From Parachlamydiales bacterium (GTDB taxonomy: Bacteria; Chlamydiota; Chlamydiia; Chlamydiales; SM23-39): DNA of 64,000 nucleotides. Location: the NCBI GenBank assembly GCA_041661445.1, contig JBAZUK010000003.1, positions 129,885-193,884 on the forward strand. The letters are read 5' to 3'. Under the pieces are notes generated by a model. That model was not told the origin of the DNA. It did not search any database and saw only the letters and a list, made by a program, of their open reading frames with translations. Every line of letters begins with the position of its first letter. Position 1 is the first letter of the stretch. A program made the translations under genes and the position numbers. Shown piece by piece: positions 43,601 through 47,988 of this stretch.

Positions 43601-45416
43601 TTACGGTTCCTCCAGCTACAAATGAATATACAATCGATTGTTGATCAATTGTCGCCGAAACCACTAAGAGGTTATTAACAGAAACTTGTCCTGAAAAAGT
43701 CGTTGTACCCGTCCCACCTGAAACAGAAAGAGAGCCGGTACCAGCACCACCGCCAGCGCTTAAGACATTTTTAAGAAAGGTAACATCTGTTCCTGTACTT
43801 ACATTCAACGTAACACCGTTAGGAATTGTCACTACACTATTAAAATCAACAAATCCAAAATTTGTTGTTATTTGCCAAGTAGTATTAGCTCCTGTCTGAA
43901 AGGTGAAATTGCCTCCAGCTATCCGCAAATCCACGCCTGACTGAATCATGTTAATAACTGCATCATTATTTTGAGTTATAGTGCCGGTACCAGCACATAA
44001 TACAACTAAGGAAGCTGCATTATTTATTGTTGTATCATTAATAGTAAAACTACCACCGCTAAAACAATCTGCTGCGTTTGCAAGAGCTGAAGATCCTTGA
44101 TTTGTATTATTGCGAACTATTGTAATAGACGATGGATCTAGCAGCCAAGAGCCAATTTTTCCATTGGGAGACATAGTGTTTGCGTTTCCAAAAGCAACGC
44201 CTAGATTTTCTTTTCCTGAGGTTTCAACAAAACCGCCATCACCGATTTCTTTTCCGCCGCGCGCATAAATCTGACCATTATAATAGGTAGTATCATCTGA
44301 CCAGACAATTACCTTGCCACCGTCGCCTCTCTGGATTGCATCGCAGTAAATGTTTGTATCAGCATCAACAACAGTTGAAATAGCATTGTGAACTTCTTCT
44401 TTCCCCTGATATCCGCCGCCGATCAATACCTCTCCACCGCCTATATCACCGGATGCATTTATCTCAGCTTTTTTTAGAGAAACATAGTCCCCTAAAACAT
44501 GAACTGTTCCGCCTTTTTCACCGATATTAAGATTTGAAGCATCTATACTGCCTTCTACTATGATGTTTGAATTATCTTTTCCGTTAATCTCTACTTTTTT
44601 GGCAATTATTGAACTGCTGTTTACAAGATGGATAACCCCATTTACTTCTGTCATTTCATCTGCCGGTTTGATCCCATCGGCATTGACAACCATCTTGATG
44701 GCTTTTTTTGCGGCTCTAAGCGTCAGCTCGACTGCTCCATTAGCTGCTTCAATGTTTCCATAATTTTCTATAAGCGCTTTCTCCAAATCCCCTTCAGCGG
44801 TAAATTGAATGAGACCATCCCCTGAAAAATCAATTGCCACTTTTTCAGATGATGCTAAAACAACTTTTCCCGCATGGGCTAAAATTGAGCCCTTGTTTTG
44901 GATTATCGGAGCGAAAAGGGCTATGAACCCTTCGGGACTTACCGAGATATTTCCTTCATTGACAATACTTGATTTTTCAGATCCTATCTCCTGAAAAAAT
45001 TTAAATCTGTCATTTAAAAAATCATCATCAAGAATGTTTAAGGTAGAAGCTAGAAAAGAGCCGGTATTTACTGTTGCATTGGGACCAAAATAGATGCCGC
45101 TTGGATTGACTAAAAATACTCTTCCGTTACCGCTTAGCTTACCTAAAATTTTACTGGGATCTTTTCCTGTAACTCTATTTAGGATAGTAGCCTTATCCGA
45201 TGGCTGGATGAACTCGACATGCTCGCTTTCATTTATATTGAAACTCTGATAATTGATTATTGTCTTGTCAGAAGCTGTGATCTTTAAATGATTGGCCTGA
45301 GAATTGAAATCTGCCTGACCGTTGACAATATCTGCCCCTTCCGGCAAGGCAAAAAGAGTGCTTCCGGCTATAAGAAATGCATTAAAACATAAAAAATTCT
45401 TTAAAAAGCTTGGCAT
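25677..45416 (-). CDS. giant TpsA-family exoprotein (6,579 aa) of a two-partner secretion system; filamentous-haemagglutinin-like adhesin
   Basis: One uninterrupted 19,740-nt frame. Signal peptide MPSFLKNFLCFNAFLIAGSTLFA. TPS domain: TIINYQSFNINESEHVEFIQPSDKATILNRVTGKDPSKILGKLSGNGRVFLVNPSGIYFG. It has GDGGFVETSGK...GKIGSWLLDPSSITI, then thousands of residues of periodic G/T/S/N-rich modules. The start overlaps the tpsB stop by 16 nt. Confidence 0.9.
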   Translation of the reverse strand: MPSFLKNFLCFNAFLIAGSTLFALPEGADIVNGQADFNSQANHLKITASDKTIINYQSFNINESEHVEFIQPSDKATILNRVTGKDPSKILGKLSGNGRVFLVNPSGIYFGPNATVNTGSFLASTLNILDDDFLNDRFKFFQEIGSEKSSIVNEGNISVSPEGFIALFAPIIQNKGSILAHAGKVVLASSEKVAIDFSGDGLIQFTAEGDLEKALIENYGNIEAANGAVELTLRAAKKAIKMVVNADGIKPADEMTEVNGVIHLVNSSSIIAKKVEINGKDNSNIIVEGSIDASNLNIGEKGGTVHVLGDYVSLKKAEINASGDIGGGEVLIGGGYQGKEEVHNAISTVVDADTNIYCDAIQRGDGGKVIVWSDDTTYYNGQIYARGGKEIGDGGFVETSGKENLGVAFGNANTMSPNGKIGSWLLDPSSITIVRNNTNQGSSALANAADCFSGGSFTINDTTINNAASLVVLCAGTGTITQNNDAVINMIQSGVDLRIAGGNFTFQTGANTTWQITTNFGFVDFNSVVTIPNGVTLNVSTGTDVTFLKNVLSAGGGAGTGSLSVSGGTGTTTFSGQVSVNNLLVVSATIDQQSIVYSFVAGGTVTYGSLLSKIHNITTSGGTVSIGPVLLYPSITINTTAGSHPAGADIILSDTLDGATTLTFNAGTGGNVSFGGNVGASTTLTNLIFTDAARINIGANIKVTGANPLIFSKPVSITGPSTINSGNGNVSFSSTIDGAQSLIITGGSGTTTFTGAVGGSTALTSLSATAATITQSSTVKTTGAVSYTGATALNVNGNITTSGGSITMTGPVTISGTPTFDSTNGGATPAGANISFSSTLNGAVPLILRAGTGGAISFGGAVGGTNALTSLSATAASITQSSTARTVGAISYTAPSAININGDITTTGMNGFIWLTGATVISNPTIFTTANSQIDLDGSLDGATSLTFIAGIGPINLPDNIGGITPLTNLIFTSTSNILVGNITVTGANPLVFPFPTLVSIPSNTINSNNADVTFNSTLDGNSNRSLTVNGGSGTTTLAASSSQLKNLSVTAATINQSSTVATTGTLSYTGSTAINVNGNITTNGGSITMTGPVAITGSPTFDSTNAGVAPAGANIGFSSTLNGAVVLTLNAGSAGIVSLSGAVGGTTPLTSLTVTAATITQSSSAKTTGALTYTGTTAININGSITTSGSVITMTGPVAITGTSIFDTTNSGAVPTGANIDFATSASTINGANSLTLRAGTGGVISFGGSIGGSTPLTKLSFTSASLINIGSNITVTADNPLTFPSPVSLTGTSNITSNGADISFNSTLNGAHSLTLTAGSGTVLFTGAIGTTALTSLSATAKNIIQFSTVKTTGSLSYTGSTIITINNSITTSGGIITMTGPVVLSAACIFDTTNSGPSPVPAGANINFVSGASTINGATSLTLKAGTGGIISLSGAVGGSVPLTNLSFASANLIQIGSNITITGANPLAFPSPVNMIGTSIINSNNADVSFSSTLNEANALTISAGSGIITFTGSIGAISPLTSLSTTAATVTQTSSAKTTGALSYSGSSAINVNGNITTNGGSITMTGPVLITGAPVFDSTNGGTTPAGANINFATLASTINGNTSLTLNAGTGGTISLSGAIGGTTPLTSLTATAANITQSSSAKTTGALSYTGSTAININGSITTSGGIITMTGPVAITGALNFDATNSGAVSTGADINFATSASTINGANSLTLGAGTVGIISLSGAVGGSVPLTKLSFASASLIKIGSNITVTVDNSLIFPSPVSLTGTSNITSNDANILFNSTLNGANSLTFTAGTGIVTFADIIGGTAPLTNLFFVSASLIEIANNITVTGANPLIFSDPVSLTGSSSINSNNADITFGSTVDGTFDLTLASGSGSISFVGAAGGTSPLVLLKVLTANNLTANDITASSIIQTAGTGTTTFNGPIITSASAGINLTGNAFTFNNTVNTADNGSLLINNNGLLTMESLATCVLSGPFSQIGLGVSKIGNSISSDDQISFTTAVSLIGNASIDTSSTSHEINFMSTIDNYSSGGPFDLTLKSGASNILISGNIGFNFPIAAFKITSAQNVSLQSLVSNSAILTTGSGDVTVNGTIDVGSGGIDISGNNFYSSGNITTTALGDITIINTGNITGATGIIITCDGDFSQSGTGLFYVSGTTIVHGNLSVGSRVIVFSPSVIDLSVGGGSMIFSNTIDGGYGLSLLSSGGSILLSGAVGSITPIGALNVSSSGDLTTQGIKAASITQTSSSGTTTFNGALITSGVAGISINTNSVVRKAAITTTGAGPLSVTISNAGTLTSTAAGDINLTGAFTQNGLGAVSLAGNINTTNANISFSGPITLTGNTSLNTGTGAGNINLSQTIDGTFNLSLDSGTGNITLSADAGTGLGTALNSFSITHAATVSTQAITAASIAQSAGSVSTTFNGALNTSGAAGISLTGTAFTFNAAFTTAAAGPLSVTNTGLLTFAAGATGSVAGALTQNGSGGTLLSSAITAGGAMQFNGPFAVLGTGLLNTSAANANISFLNTLNGTIALTDNLTLSSGTGDILFSQNAGSLISLGTLTISTAKNFTAQAVTASSLTQSAGSGTTLFNGSISTSGAIGIDLNGTTFTILQNMITTGGGPVSITNSGVLTTTAGKSITSNGIFTQDGSGSVLLGCAITTTNASALSAAINFSGTSPITLTAPVVIDSSIGGGTISFSAASTVKGNQPITLIAGSGDISILGSFGDIASRLGAFTITSVKDATIQAVTAGSITQTNGTGTSTLNGSIDTDTPVGITLTGNNFTVDVGAIAITTTNGGSFTVTNSGLVSGAGATPITIDGSFIQNGTGPIVIGGPLTANQGISFTGPVIVGANAHLDTTVGSGNIVFSNTVNGLAGTETLTLDANAGNVTFSGIVGGTKPVILFIQSLNNITASSSLTIGSISNGTALTGQATFNGLITTSGGITLTGNNFTFNNVTTNNNGVMSITNSGTLTISGGSVLTVDGGFTQNGAGPVSFGGSITTSNDNISFLSDITLIAAAALNSGSGLGDITLNGAVDGAENLIVTAGNGNVDFQNSIGDLIPLTNVAIQSAAGVTLNSNVAVSVAFVTGNITPISGTTSFNGTLNAASIELNGSDINFNDAVFSGNITITNAGTLTVASSSPISSYTTFIQSGAGSVSLGSDISSIGNLSIDSPITLTNDIVLNSDGGDLILLSAVDGNFDLTLTAGAGNVILSGPIGSTNRISAFTITSANNVVVSAITASSIILQNAAGTTDINDNLDTNSLAGITFIGNNFNLFGLTINTTNAGPLIITNSGSATWNVATTITLDGGFTQNGTGSNDVGGTLTTSGGDISYSGAVNALLASTYTSNGGNITFFNTVDGPECIELIAGAGDVTFSSTVGGITPLGCLKVTSANNVFQNAAVTATGSVDETATTVHLGGDITTSATNITLNSNIICSTSTVLSTGVGTAGNIQITGTFNGTVAGHDLTMDAGSGNIILDSPIGAMISYNNVTLNATNITWAGLGSSSFGATGTTSLTATTDITFTGTVYNNGTQNYTAGGIFDFTSLSPASVTSNALPITFTTGTITPATINLSNSDLTLISNGGTITMGNLSGPGFNFTVNAGMGIYNFNQIGSSGQDLNNVDLTANTFNPTPVLNTNVFAVSLQQNAPDSSILSGHQPSSIMTYNVPVFINGAVDFSCPGPGMVIFNSTVDALNGGVNSLSFDFNPCGGSIEFNGPVGSTAPFDFITVDSATDLTMASSVNIGYLTVTNGVGTTSINSGITTTDVNGISIQTANINLSGSIVIQNGGPLTLVNTGALVIAAGSSLSISGAFDQSGGGNVNIGGSLSTQDALIQFADPITLNSNLSINSNGSASGDIAFGSTIQGTTAGGQNLTLASGSRDITFSGTVGNTTRIGALRITSARDVAADAISATSITQVAGSGTTTFNGALNASIVNGINLTGSAFAFNNNVTTAAAGPLTINNSALLSFSNSTYSISGALTQTGAGLVNLSGAFTSGGLISFLSGVTLTGASNLNTSSNNQNILFSSTLTNDNIVTPHALTLNSGTGNITFSGAIGSTPIGALNFTNARNITAGAISAASITQSAGTGTTAISGNMTTTGVSGISFTGTNFNINSTLITTGSGPFSIVNSGPLSLILGSSTSIAGAFSQSGGGAVSLSGKVATVNQNISFANAITLTGSTTLSTDTGAGTITLSSTVNGNQNLILTAGTGNIIFGPSLGATVPIGAITVNSVQDITYPLLVKASSIGQLGSSGTTIITGPINTTGALGISITGGTITQNGSITTANSGPVTFTNNTPGILTIGANINSAGAFTQNGTGPVHIASSISASSNNISFARPITLTGNTSLNTAAGAGNINLSQTIDGTFNLTLNSGSGNITLNGDAGLGTALKSFSITQGGIVSTQAITAASIAQSAGSGSTTFNGALNTSEAAGISLTGTAFTFNAAFTTAAAGPLSVTNTGLLTFAAGATGSVAGALTQNGSGGTLLSSAITAGGAMQFNGPFAVSGTGSLNTSAANQPITFAGTLNGPGNLSLSSGTGNILLSQNATALGSLTVSTVQNLTTQGISASSLTQSAGSGTTLFNGSISTSGAIGIDLNGTNFTIQQNMTTTGGGPVSITNSGVLTTTAGKSITSNGIFTQAGSGSVLLGCAITTTNASALSAAINFSGTNPITLTAPSVIDSSIGGGTISFSAASTVDGNQPITLIAGSGNISILGAFGGTTRLGAFTITSAHDATVQAVTAGSITQTNGTGTSILNGSIDTNTPAGITLTGNNFTVGAGATLIKTTNGGSFTVTNSGLVSGAGATPITIDGSFIQNGTGKIVIGGPLTANQGISFTGPVIVGADADLHTTVGSGNIVFSNTVNGAAGTETLTLDANAGNITFLNPIGYPIESTTSLSSIIADGREISINNVGTSTDQGITGVITLTASGNINFTGSNYNIGGTQTYNIDPSFSFNMNSGALTTFFTNGNDINFAGGLGIELSAITDLTINSSNGNINLGNVHAAASSLRTLIFDAGSGNIVVGDLGTSGNEEFLSTSFTGTDLTLGNEYSNALNFTYSGDLHAFGNIVSNDNALSFPGPVIIEATSVFSTLGSTGANITFNGILDDTSANSNMLTVDSGIGDIIFSGVIGGVNPLLNLTINSADDVTFSAQTNLASLLQFAGSGTTFFNAQLNVSTGLGITLTGNNFNFNSTVNTTNNGFLSVTNSGNLGFAGTASLSGAFTQMGSGTVSLSGSITAGQPILFTGATTISGSPLLDTSVANQSITFLNTINGAADITFAAGNNGNILLQSDIGSTTRIGSITIISSHNVTAQSASAGFVNLVSSTGTATVNGALNTDGAAGVTLVGNNFILNGSLVTTTGGSVHVTNSGLITGFAISSRNIAGHYLQDGAGPVNFAGSITTLNGYISFSSPVTLLAASVFNSSANNQNVTFSNTIQGPGSLSISSGSGGDILFSEDIGNSTPIGSILIPSAHDISAAKTITASSFTQSAGSGTTTFAGSLTTSSITGIDLNGTNFVRGANWTTTNSGPITVNNSGTFTSIAAGSISSSGAFNQSGAGPVEIRGSLTTSNASINFNGPVTLTPSITPALPGDMSFNSGSGIGSMTFNNSLNATTAGVETLSLTSGLGDITFSTSIGSTTRLGTINIASAKDATFNGLSTTSFIQSSGTGTTSLNNTTDTNTIGGIQIITSAINLNNNVTTTNSGPVILTNAGLLSVTATCVVSGAFTQNGAGSSSLSGSVTSDGAISFSSGVAVTGSPFLTASSQPITLSSTLNGPGNLSFNSGAADITVNGAAGSVTRLGNLIFTAANNINTSSISASTIMQTAGSGTTTLSGDLNTNAAAGINLNSNAFALDGSVITTAGGSVVINHVADSSFKFGASTLISGAFTESGTGIVSLEGILHAVDSMVTFTNAISLTNAATINSNAGGDILISSTVDGNEDLVLIAGTGNIIISADIGSMVPINSLTIETANNVTTQAITAGFITQLAGTGLTTFNGSIESTGSSGINLSGFQFTLNNPVTTLAGGPVNITNSDLLTISAGASFNLSGSFSQLGLGNVNLSANITTLSNPILFTGPVTLGNNISLDTGIGLGNISFLRTVSGFQNLSLNSGLGNISFAQNVGPIDNFLVSSANNFTSSSISATSIDLSGIATQATISGNLTTSGASGISMMGVAFSINGNVTTSAGGPLTITNDSLFSFAGNFSLDGPFLQNGAGLVSGSGTLNTNNQTIDFVSPLTLTGNLSISSGVPGADINLFKVDGAHDLTIAAGTGDVYLNQNVGETTALENFTITSANDINLLGNTYKANTQIYSAGNVIDLNTGNLTSFTSFGGPITFTSGTIVLGNSNDLQITTNNGSFSFVSILGTDFESISIDTGTGTAFLNTISSLGNINNLLVNSGKITFSGTINANNPSFVSLTDITNTAAPVAITSLNTSSFNALGGNVGTLSSPILVNSSGQVFAGARGQPSLADFNGSTIDNTIHEIPSNPPCKIIFNGVVIKDCNVVPPIIVISSLPFAIPGFDSSYFNLASYYFFLSYFFDESYLQSCRYQLDPLKGNYLLKCRLKDEDLQEAAH
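30757..32400 (-). repeat. copy A of a near-identical ~1.65-kb intragenic duplication in tpsA
   Basis: See copy B. At the protein level it is a three-module block, from ...NINLSQTIDGTFNL... to ...GTETLTLDANAGN(I/V)TF, with only scattered substitutions. Confidence 0.85.
36733..38405 (-). repeat. copy B of a near-identical ~1.65-kb intragenic duplication in tpsA
   Basis: Aligns with 30757..32400 at offsets of 5976, 6000 and 6006 nt, all multiples of 3. For example, 37871-38100 and 31871-32100 are almost identical base for base. Antisense track ORFs 36931..37164 and 30955..31188 translate nearly identically. Confidence 0.85.
39750..43450 (-). repeat. N-proximal in-frame tandem array of ~95-aa modules inside tpsA
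   Basis: Protein-level repeats of F.STLNGA..LTL.AG.G...F.GAVGG...LTSL..TAA.ITQSS..KTTGALSYTG..AINVNG.ITT.GG.ITMTGPV.ITG. Non-adjacent copies are highly similar at the DNA level (~40080-40500 versus ~41530-41940). Bounds are approximate. Confidence 0.75.
44550..45350 (-). other. TPS (haemagglutination-activity) secretion domain of the giant TpsA
   Basis: Approximate bounds. The region contains the conserved LNRVTG...S.I.G.L..NG.V.LVNP.GI.FG core that TpsB POTRA domains recognise in characterised TPS systems. Confidence 0.8.
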
Positions 45417-47089
45417 GTTACTTTAATGTAAGTAAAAACTCCTCTATTGTCATCTCTATGGTTTAATGGAAAACCAACATCAAGATTGAATACAAAATTA
45501 TAAGGTCCGTTAACTCTTACACCAAGTCCGCTGCCCCAGAGGAAGCTGTCTTTTTCAGATTGCAAAAATACGCCGCCATGATCAAGAAAAGCATCAAACT
45601 GGATTATGTCTTTCCACTTTTTTTTATGTAGCATAAAGAAACATTTGTTTGCAAGTATTGGAGGAGGCAGACGGAACTCAAAGTTCAGATAATAACCATT
45701 ATCACCTAAAGCAGCGGCAAGAGGAAAGCCTCTGATAGTATCAACGCCGCCAATATAAATCTGCTCAGGAAGCGTTAATTTACTGGGACTTAGCTGCCCT
45801 GATCCGTGAAAGTAGAAGAAGCAGTCTTTAGGCAAATACTGTATCCTGTCATAATCCATGTTAAAAATAAAAAATCTTCCGCCTCCGCCTCTTCGCGAGC
45901 TGTTTTTATCAACAGCTTTCAGGCCGCCTAAAAAGTTTGGGATACCGGCAGCCAATCTGAGAACAAGATAATCTCTTCCCTGCATCGGTATAAAATGATC
46001 AAGAGAAGTTCCGAATGTTAAAACCCGAAGCTTATCAAAAGATGATCTACTGGAAAGAACAAAGTTCTGGATCTGTTTAAAATCGAAATATGTAAAAAGA
46101 TCCATGCTCAGAGAGCGTTTTCTGATAAGGGCCTGGTTGAATTTCAAAGTAGCAATATCAGATCTGCCTTTTAAATGCAGACTTGTAAGTTCTTCAATTG
46201 TGAATTTTGAAAAAAGATAGGCAGCTTCCAAAGAAGCTCCTTTTCTATTTAACGGCACATTATAGATAAGATCTGTGAAATACAGCGCATTGATCGGAAA
46301 GCCGACAACTTCAGCAACCGAGAACTTGTCTCCTTGCGTAAACAGATTGCCCCAATCAAGACGCCCGCCTGCCCTGAAATTTGTAGTCAGATTTCTTCCA
46401 TAGTTATTTGCGTTAAGATAAAGATGAATAGGTCTGGCATCATTGACTCTTAGTATTACATCTGCATATCCAAATTCTTTACCCTTTTGAAAAACAGATC
46501 CGACCATGAGGTCGCTGTTGTCATTTACAAGCATTAATGCCTGCAAAAAATCATCATATCTAAGTGCCTTGTTCTGCAACTCCGTAAAATAGCTTAAGAT
46601 GAACTCTTTGGTATAATACTTGTTGCCGACTACCTCAATATTACCAAGCTTTCCTTCGATAACTTCTATTAATAAAGATCCATTTTCAATAGCTTGCGGA
46701 GGAGGATATGCCCTGGCAAGAAAATATCCTTTTCTTGCATAGATATTTTCTATGTAATAACAAAGTTCATAAATGTCTTTAAGAGATAACTTTTTATTTA
46801 GATAGCATTTTGATTTGGAAATTATTTCCTTTGTCGAAATGCATTCATTTCCCTTTACTTCAATGCGATTGATCAAAACCTTTTGGCCATCTGGCATTTC
46901 CAGTCTTTTTTCAGGAATATCGATCTGGATTGCAGGGACTGTTTTTTCCTGATCAAGAGGTTTGGCCTCATATTCCTTTTCCAGCTCGCGCTCTACAACT
47001 CCGGCAGATGGCGCTGGTGGAGGAACGGCAAACAGCCCGATTCTTGTTAGAAGAAAAAAAATAGTGAAAATAAAATATCTTTTAATCAT
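45401..47089 (-). CDS. TpsB outer-membrane transporter (ShlB/FhaC/HecB family, Omp85 superfamily)
   Basis: 562 aa with a signal peptide (MIKRYFIFTIFFLLTRIGLFA). POTRA-like region: VLINRIEVKGNECISTKEI...IENIYARKGYFLARAYPPPQAIENGSLLIEVIEGKLGNIEV. The C-terminal beta-barrel region has alternating aromatics and ends in ...F. It lies immediately 5' of tpsA and overlaps it. Confidence 0.88.
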   Translation of the reverse strand: MIKRYFIFTIFFLLTRIGLFAVPPPAPSAGVVERELEKEYEAKPLDQEKTVPAIQIDIPEKRLEMPDGQKVLINRIEVKGNECISTKEIISKSKCYLNKKLSLKDIYELCYYIENIYARKGYFLARAYPPPQAIENGSLLIEVIEGKLGNIEVVGNKYYTKEFILSYFTELQNKALRYDDFLQALMLVNDNSDLMVGSVFQKGKEFGYADVILRVNDARPIHLYLNANNYGRNLTTNFRAGGRLDWGNLFTQGDKFSVAEVVGFPINALYFTDLIYNVPLNRKGASLEAAYLFSKFTIEELTSLHLKGRSDIATLKFNQALIRKRSLSMDLFTYFDFKQIQNFVLSSRSSFDKLRVLTFGTSLDHFIPMQGRDYLVLRLAAGIPNFLGGLKAVDKNSSRRGGGGRFFIFNMDYDRIQYLPKDCFFYFHGSGQLSPSKLTLPEQIYIGGVDTIRGFPLAAALGDNGYYLNFEFRLPPPILANKCFFMLHKKKWKDIIQFDAFLDHGGVFLQSEKDSFLWGSGLGVRVNGPYNFVFNLDVGFPLNHRDDNRGVFTYIKVTCQAF

Positions 47090-47179
47090 TTCATCATCTT
47101 AAAAAAAATTATATATATACCACAATAATAAAATATAAAGTAAACAAATTGAAATGTTTATAGATTTTTAAAATTTTCT

Positions 47180-47208
47180 TTGGCGGAGAATCTTACGCTA
47201 AATATAAT
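47180..47208 (+). promoter_or_regulatory. candidate sigma-70-type promoter (TTGGCG-17 nt-TATAAT)
   Basis: TTGGCG at 47180-47185, a 17-nt spacer and TATAAT at 47203-47208. AAGGAG RBS at 47221-47226 and ATG at 47233. Confidence 0.4.
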
Positions 47209-47232
47209 TATTGGCTTTTTAAGGAGAAAACA

Positions 47233-47886
47233 ATGAAAAAATTAATTTGTATTTTAACTTATATGATACTGGGAAGTTGTTTTGCAAATAAAAGTGAATA
47301 TTATGTTCATCCGAATGGCACTTTTATTTATGAAAGCAGAAATTTCGGTCCTTATTATATATCGGAATTCCAACTGGATTCTTGCGAAATATACAACAAT
47401 TATATACATGGAAAAATCGACAAATTAAACGAATGGACCCAGGCCTATAAATTTATAATAAATGATGAAGTCATATCATCTCATTATTCATATTTATTTT
47501 CCTTCGGCTCGCTTTTCGATTCCTGCAAATATTTTGATGTATATGATAATACAAACACTTTTATCGGCAGTATCGAAGGCAACTTTAGCGTTGAAGCATC
47601 GGCAGAATTTCTTTTTTATGATAAAGATCACCAATTATTTGCTAAAGCTTACATAAATAGTTCTAATCCTCAAATCACAATATCGTCTCCAGAGGGGCAA
47701 CCATTAATTACCGGCATAAAGATATTTCATGATTACGGTCCATTTTATAATAATCCCAGTTTTCAACGATCTCCTGATTATTATTGGAAAATCAAAATGA
47801 ATGATAATGGTTCTTTAGATCCTCGGTTTCTATGGCCTTTTATTGGTTTTATATCAGAAGTATGGTGGTACGAGAGTCCCGATTAA
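47233..47886 (+). CDS. hypothetical secreted protein / possible lipoprotein, divergent from tpsB
   Basis: Strong RBS and signal peptide with a lipobox-like ILGSC. The protein is rich in aromatic residues and belongs to no family I can name with confidence. Confidence 0.5.
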   Translation: MKKLICILTYMILGSCFANKSEYYVHPNGTFIYESRNFGPYYISEFQLDSCEIYNNYIHGKIDKLNEWTQAYKFIINDEVISSHYSYLFSFGSLFDSCKYFDVYDNTNTFIGSIEGNFSVEASAEFLFYDKDHQLFAKAYINSSNPQITISSPEGQPLITGIKIFHDYGPFYNNPSFQRSPDYYWKIKMNDNGSLDPRFLWPFIGFISEVWWYESPD

Positions 47887-47988
47887 AATCCCTAATAAAC
47901 TCAGTAGGCTTTTAATAAATTTTTCAAATAATCATAAACTTGATTATTGGCAAAAAATTAGACCTCCAAAAATTTTTTTATTAAACAA

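Noticed and set aside
26074-44994. More than 40 plus-strand track ORFs (60-218 aa) lying inside the tpsA coordinates, e.g. 35419..35949, 39793..40449, 41419..41898.
   Set aside because: All are antisense to one continuous 6,579-codon frame that has clear family motifs. Their translations are P/V/A/I/L-rich, low-complexity mirror images of the G/T/S/N repeats and recur with the same periodicity. For example, 30955..31188 and 36931..37164 are near-identical only because the sense gene is duplicated. The two minus-strand track ORFs there (43364..43597 and the tpsB/tpsA overlap region) are likewise out-of-frame by-products. None has a convincing RBS.
25677-45416. Classical type Va autotransporter or Pmp annotation for the giant protein.
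   Set aside because: The N-terminus is a TPS domain and a dedicated TpsB gene lies immediately upstream. The C-terminal ~300 aa show no alternating amphipathic beta-barrel pattern ending in an aromatic residue, and the protein ends ...DEDLQEAAH.
47181-47198. Sigma-54-like TGGC...TTAC element (TGGCGGAGAATCTTACGC) upstream of 47233.
   Set aside because: The spacing between the GG and the would-be GC element is off by one, and the -12 element reads TTAC rather than TTGC. A sigma-70-type TTGGCG-17-TATAAT reading of the same region fits better.
15175-47232. Treating the TPS loci as a mobile genomic island.
   Set aside because: No integrase, transposase, flanking direct repeats or tRNA attachment site is visible around either locus. 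Housekeeping genes abut them directly. The G+C shift can be explained by amino-acid composition.
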